This document shows positions 60,550 through 64,000 of a DNA stretch of 64,000 nt, piece by piece. The stretch's first letter is position 1; every line of letters begins with the position of its first letter. Under the pieces are notes generated by a model. That model did no database searches and was not told where the DNA came from. It worked only from the letters and a program-made list of their open reading frames with translations. The DNA is from the human T2T-CHM13v2.0 reference genome, Homo sapiens. The stretch lies in NCBI RefSeq assembly GCF_009914755.1, contig NC_060930.1; one strand, given 5' to 3'. A program made the translations under genes and the position numbers.

Positions 60550-63500
60550 AATAGGTGACATCAGCAACATGGCAGAATTAGAAGTTCCAGATTTTTCCTC
60601 TGTCCATGGATTCACCAAATAAACATCTTTTCATGGATCAACGTCCTTTGAGAGAAAGGAAGGGATGAATTGAGAGACTCGTATTAATTGGGCAACTAAG
60701 AAAATATCCACTTCAAAAATGTAGGAAAAGCTGGTCACAGACCCTGCCCTGGGCACTGTGTCATAAAATTGAAAAAGGAATCCCCAACACCCAGGTTGTC
60801 CCTGTGGAAAGGAGGGTTTGAACTTCACATCTAGCACCCTCACTCTAAAGTTCCACATAATTCACCAATTCTAAGAGCAGAGGGGACAAGACACACAGTA
60901 GTCTCTCTAGACCACCGGAAAAAAGTGGCAGTTTTATACAGGCTCACAAGCACTTCCATGGACTTAATTCCTCAGGAGCAGGGCAGAAAAGGAGCTTAAA
61001 ATAATATAGCCTCCTTTTTCTCCTTGAAGGAATTTAAAACACACTCCTCCAGTGGCTACTCAATGACCTGGCTTCTAACTAAGTTACACTGGGGAGTTAA
61101 CAGGCAGACAAGTATTAACCCATCACGAGCCTGAGAAGCACATTGGAGCTCACTCCAGTGATAACTCTCATTCTATTAATCATTCCTGGAGACAGTTTGT
61201 CCATACATTAAGCACTCCGAGTTTTACAACTTTCACCTGAGGAACTGCATCTTAAACCTCCTCCCTCTGGGTATCATAGAAGACAGGGGATTTTAATTGG
61301 GTGTACAAACACTTCCAAGAGCTACATCTCCATGGAGCAATGCAAACTGACTTAAGGACACACAGCTCTCATTTTTTATTCAGAAGGGGATTATAGCACA
61401 CACTCCAGTGGCTTCTAATGAACTTACATTGGGAAGCCAACATGGCAAACAAATAATAGCCCTCTGGCAGTTGAAGCCAAATGTTACCACTTCACAAGTC
61501 TTTCCTTCAGCTTATCTTAGTAATAAATTATGGTCTACTCATTCTTTCTGGAAAGAGTTTGGCCACACACTGAGTGCCACAACTTCTATAGTTCCCACCC
61601 AACAAATTGTCTCCTTAATGTCTTAGTTCTGGGAGTTAACGGAGCTTTGCATTCCTGAGTGGCCTTATGCCACAGGAAATAAAGAGTTGCCTATAAAATA
61701 GACCCCCTTCCATCAGCTATCATTCCAAAATCAGAGGGTGCAGCACTCTAAGTACAGGCATTTGCTACCAATGTCCTCCTTGGCTTAGTGCAGAGCGAGG
61801 GGGAGACAAAAGCCCACATTAGCTTAATCATAAAGATAGAAGGAATTGGAACACACATCTAACCCAAACCTTTTCAGTTATGTCTATGGAGTCTGACTTC
61901 TATCAGTTTCAGGGTGCAGACAGGCCGTGACACATCCTAAACTCCAGGGGCCACCAAAAACAGAGACAGTATTCTGGACAAACACACATATTTGAGAGGC
62001 ACCATAAAATCCGGGAAGCCAGATGAATTGGTCAACTTCTTCAACAAGAAGTCAGTCTGATAAGACTGGGAGAGGTATTTGTCTCATATGATGCATGGAA
62101 ACCAATACAAAGAGTCAAGAAAAATGAAGAAACGGGGATATATTCCACACACAAAACAAAAAAAAAAGAAACAAGATACATCTCCAGAAATCAACCTGGG
62201 TGAAGTGAAGGTATATGATTTACCTGATAGGAAATTTCAAATAGTCATAAAGATGCTTACAAGGTCAGAAGAGCAATGCAAAAACAAACTGAAAATGTTA
62301 CCAAAGAGATAGAAAGTACAGAAACATACCAGAAAGATGTTATAGAGCTGTAGAATACTCTCAACTGAACTAAACAATACAAGACAAGCGTTTGACCACA
62401 GACCACATTGAGCAGAAGTGAACTTGAAGACAGGTTAGTGGAAATTACACAAGGTGAAGAGCAAAGAAAAAAAGAATGATAAAAAGTGAGGATGGTTTCA
62501 GAGACTTATGGAAATGATCAGGCATAACAGGATATGTACTACTGTTGTACCCAGAAAAAGAAGAGAGAGACTTTTTCAAAAAAAATTATGATGGAAAAAT
62601 TCCCAAGCCTGGGAAAGGAACAAAAATCTAAATAGTGTAAGCATAAAGGACACCAAATATGATTCCACAGATATACACACTGATACACATCATAAATTGC
62701 CAAAAGCTATTAAAGATGAGTTTTGAAAACAATAAGGAAAATTGTTACCTATATGCTACATATGTGTATTGCTACATATAAGGGAACCTCTGTAAGATTA
62801 TCAACAGACTTTTCAGCAGAAATCTTGCATAGCCCAAATGAGTGGGATGATACAATCAAATCCTGAAAGAAAAAAAAATTGCCAAACAAGAATACTATAT
62901 TCAGCAACATTTGAAAATAAACAGGTAATACAGACTTTCTCAGACAAACAAAAGCTGAGAGAGTGTATCACCTACAGAACTTCCTTACAAGAAATGCTGG
63001 TATTTGATAGTACAACAAGGGTACTATGGTCAATAATAATTTAATTGTCCATTTTAAAATAGCTAAACAATGATAACTGGATTGTTTGTAACACAAAGGA
63101 TAAATGCTTGAGGGGATGGTTACCCAAATTTCCAAAAAATAGAACTACTATTTGTGCCAGCAATCTCATTACTGGTTATATTTCCAAAGGAATTTAATTT
63201 AGCATGTCGCAGAGATGTCTGCACTTTTATGCTCGTTGCAATATTATTCACAATAGCCAAAATATGGAATCAACCTAAGTGCCTATCAACCGATGAATGT
63301 GTTTTTATTTTTAAATAGCGTTCCTAGACACAATGAAATACTATTCAGCGTTAAGAAAACCAGGAAATTCTGTCATTTACAACATGGATGGACCTAGAGA
63401 AGAATATGTTAAGTGAAATAAGCCAAGTGCAAAGAGATAAATAATACATGATCTCACTTCTAAAAAGAATTTAAAAGTCAAACTTATAGAAGTAAAGAGC

Positions 63501-63866
63501 ATAATGGATGTTACCAGAGGCTAGGGAAAGGGGGATGTGTGGGGGACCAGGCAAGGGGACACATTGGTGAACAAGTACAAAGTTTCAATTAGATGGGAGG
63601 AATAACTTCTAGTGTTCTATTGCATAATGTAGTGACTATGGTTAATAATAATGTATTGCTAAAATACCCTATTTTAGCTATCAATATAGCCAAAAGAGAG
63701 GATTTTAAATGTTATCATCAGAAAGAAGTGATAAATATTTGAGATAATCGATATGCTGATTAGCCTGATTTGATCATTCCACAAGGTATACATGTATAGA
63801 CACACCAAATTGTGACTCACAAATATATATGTAACTATTATTTGTCAATTAAAAATAAGTTTTAAA
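60550..63866 (+). mobile_element. L1MA with 5'UTR, decayed ORF1 and 3' end; nearly all of ORF2 absent
   Basis: 5' start GGTGACATCAGCAACATGGCAG. ORF1-like peptides YDLPDRKFQI, NCQTRILYSA and FSDKQKLRE. L1MA 3'UTR at 63135-63866. Flanking AAAGTAAAA at 60539-60547 and 63867-63875. Confidence 0.82.
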
Positions 63867-64000
63867 AAAGTAAAACAGAAAAACTTTAGAAAAAAGCAGT
63901 AACTATAACAAAAACATAACCAATATAAAAAACAAATTTCAGTAGAAGACATTAAACAAATGCAAAAAAAGAAATTTAAGGCAACAAAAAATATTTAACA

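Overview
AT-rich, repeat-dense primate genomic DNA; AluY and L1PA3/4-type elements indicate a catarrhine, probably human or another ape. It looks intergenic or deep-intronic. I recognise no host protein-coding gene, RNA gene or CRISPR array. Nearly all ORFs in the track are Alu, L1, LTR or simple-repeat translations. Main contents: (i) three multi-kb L1PA insertions of different ages, all 5'-inverted (twin-primed) with readable target-site duplications (TSDs); (ii) a nested stack at 14.8-22.1 kb (an L1MA host carrying an L1PA stub, an inverted L1PA, AluSx and MLT2); (iii) a MER52-type solo LTR with a 4-bp TSD; (iv) nine Alus or Alu fragments; (v) a ~490-bp polypurine tract with (GAA)21 and a G4 motif; (vi) DNA-transposon fossils (MER47A, MADE1, Charlie-type, Arthur-type); (vii) an L1MA with a tandem-monomer 5'UTR whose ORF2 is replaced by a short fragment from a different L1 subfamily. 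I found no convincing new biological system. The best leads are recurrent fold-back (self-templated) scars at retrotransposon 5' junctions and inside one L1, nested palindromes, the GAA tract, and unrecognised exon-like segments at ~42 kb and ~2 kb. Subfamily names come from my recollection of consensus sequences and need RepeatMasker/Dfam confirmation. Boundaries of old repeats are approximate.
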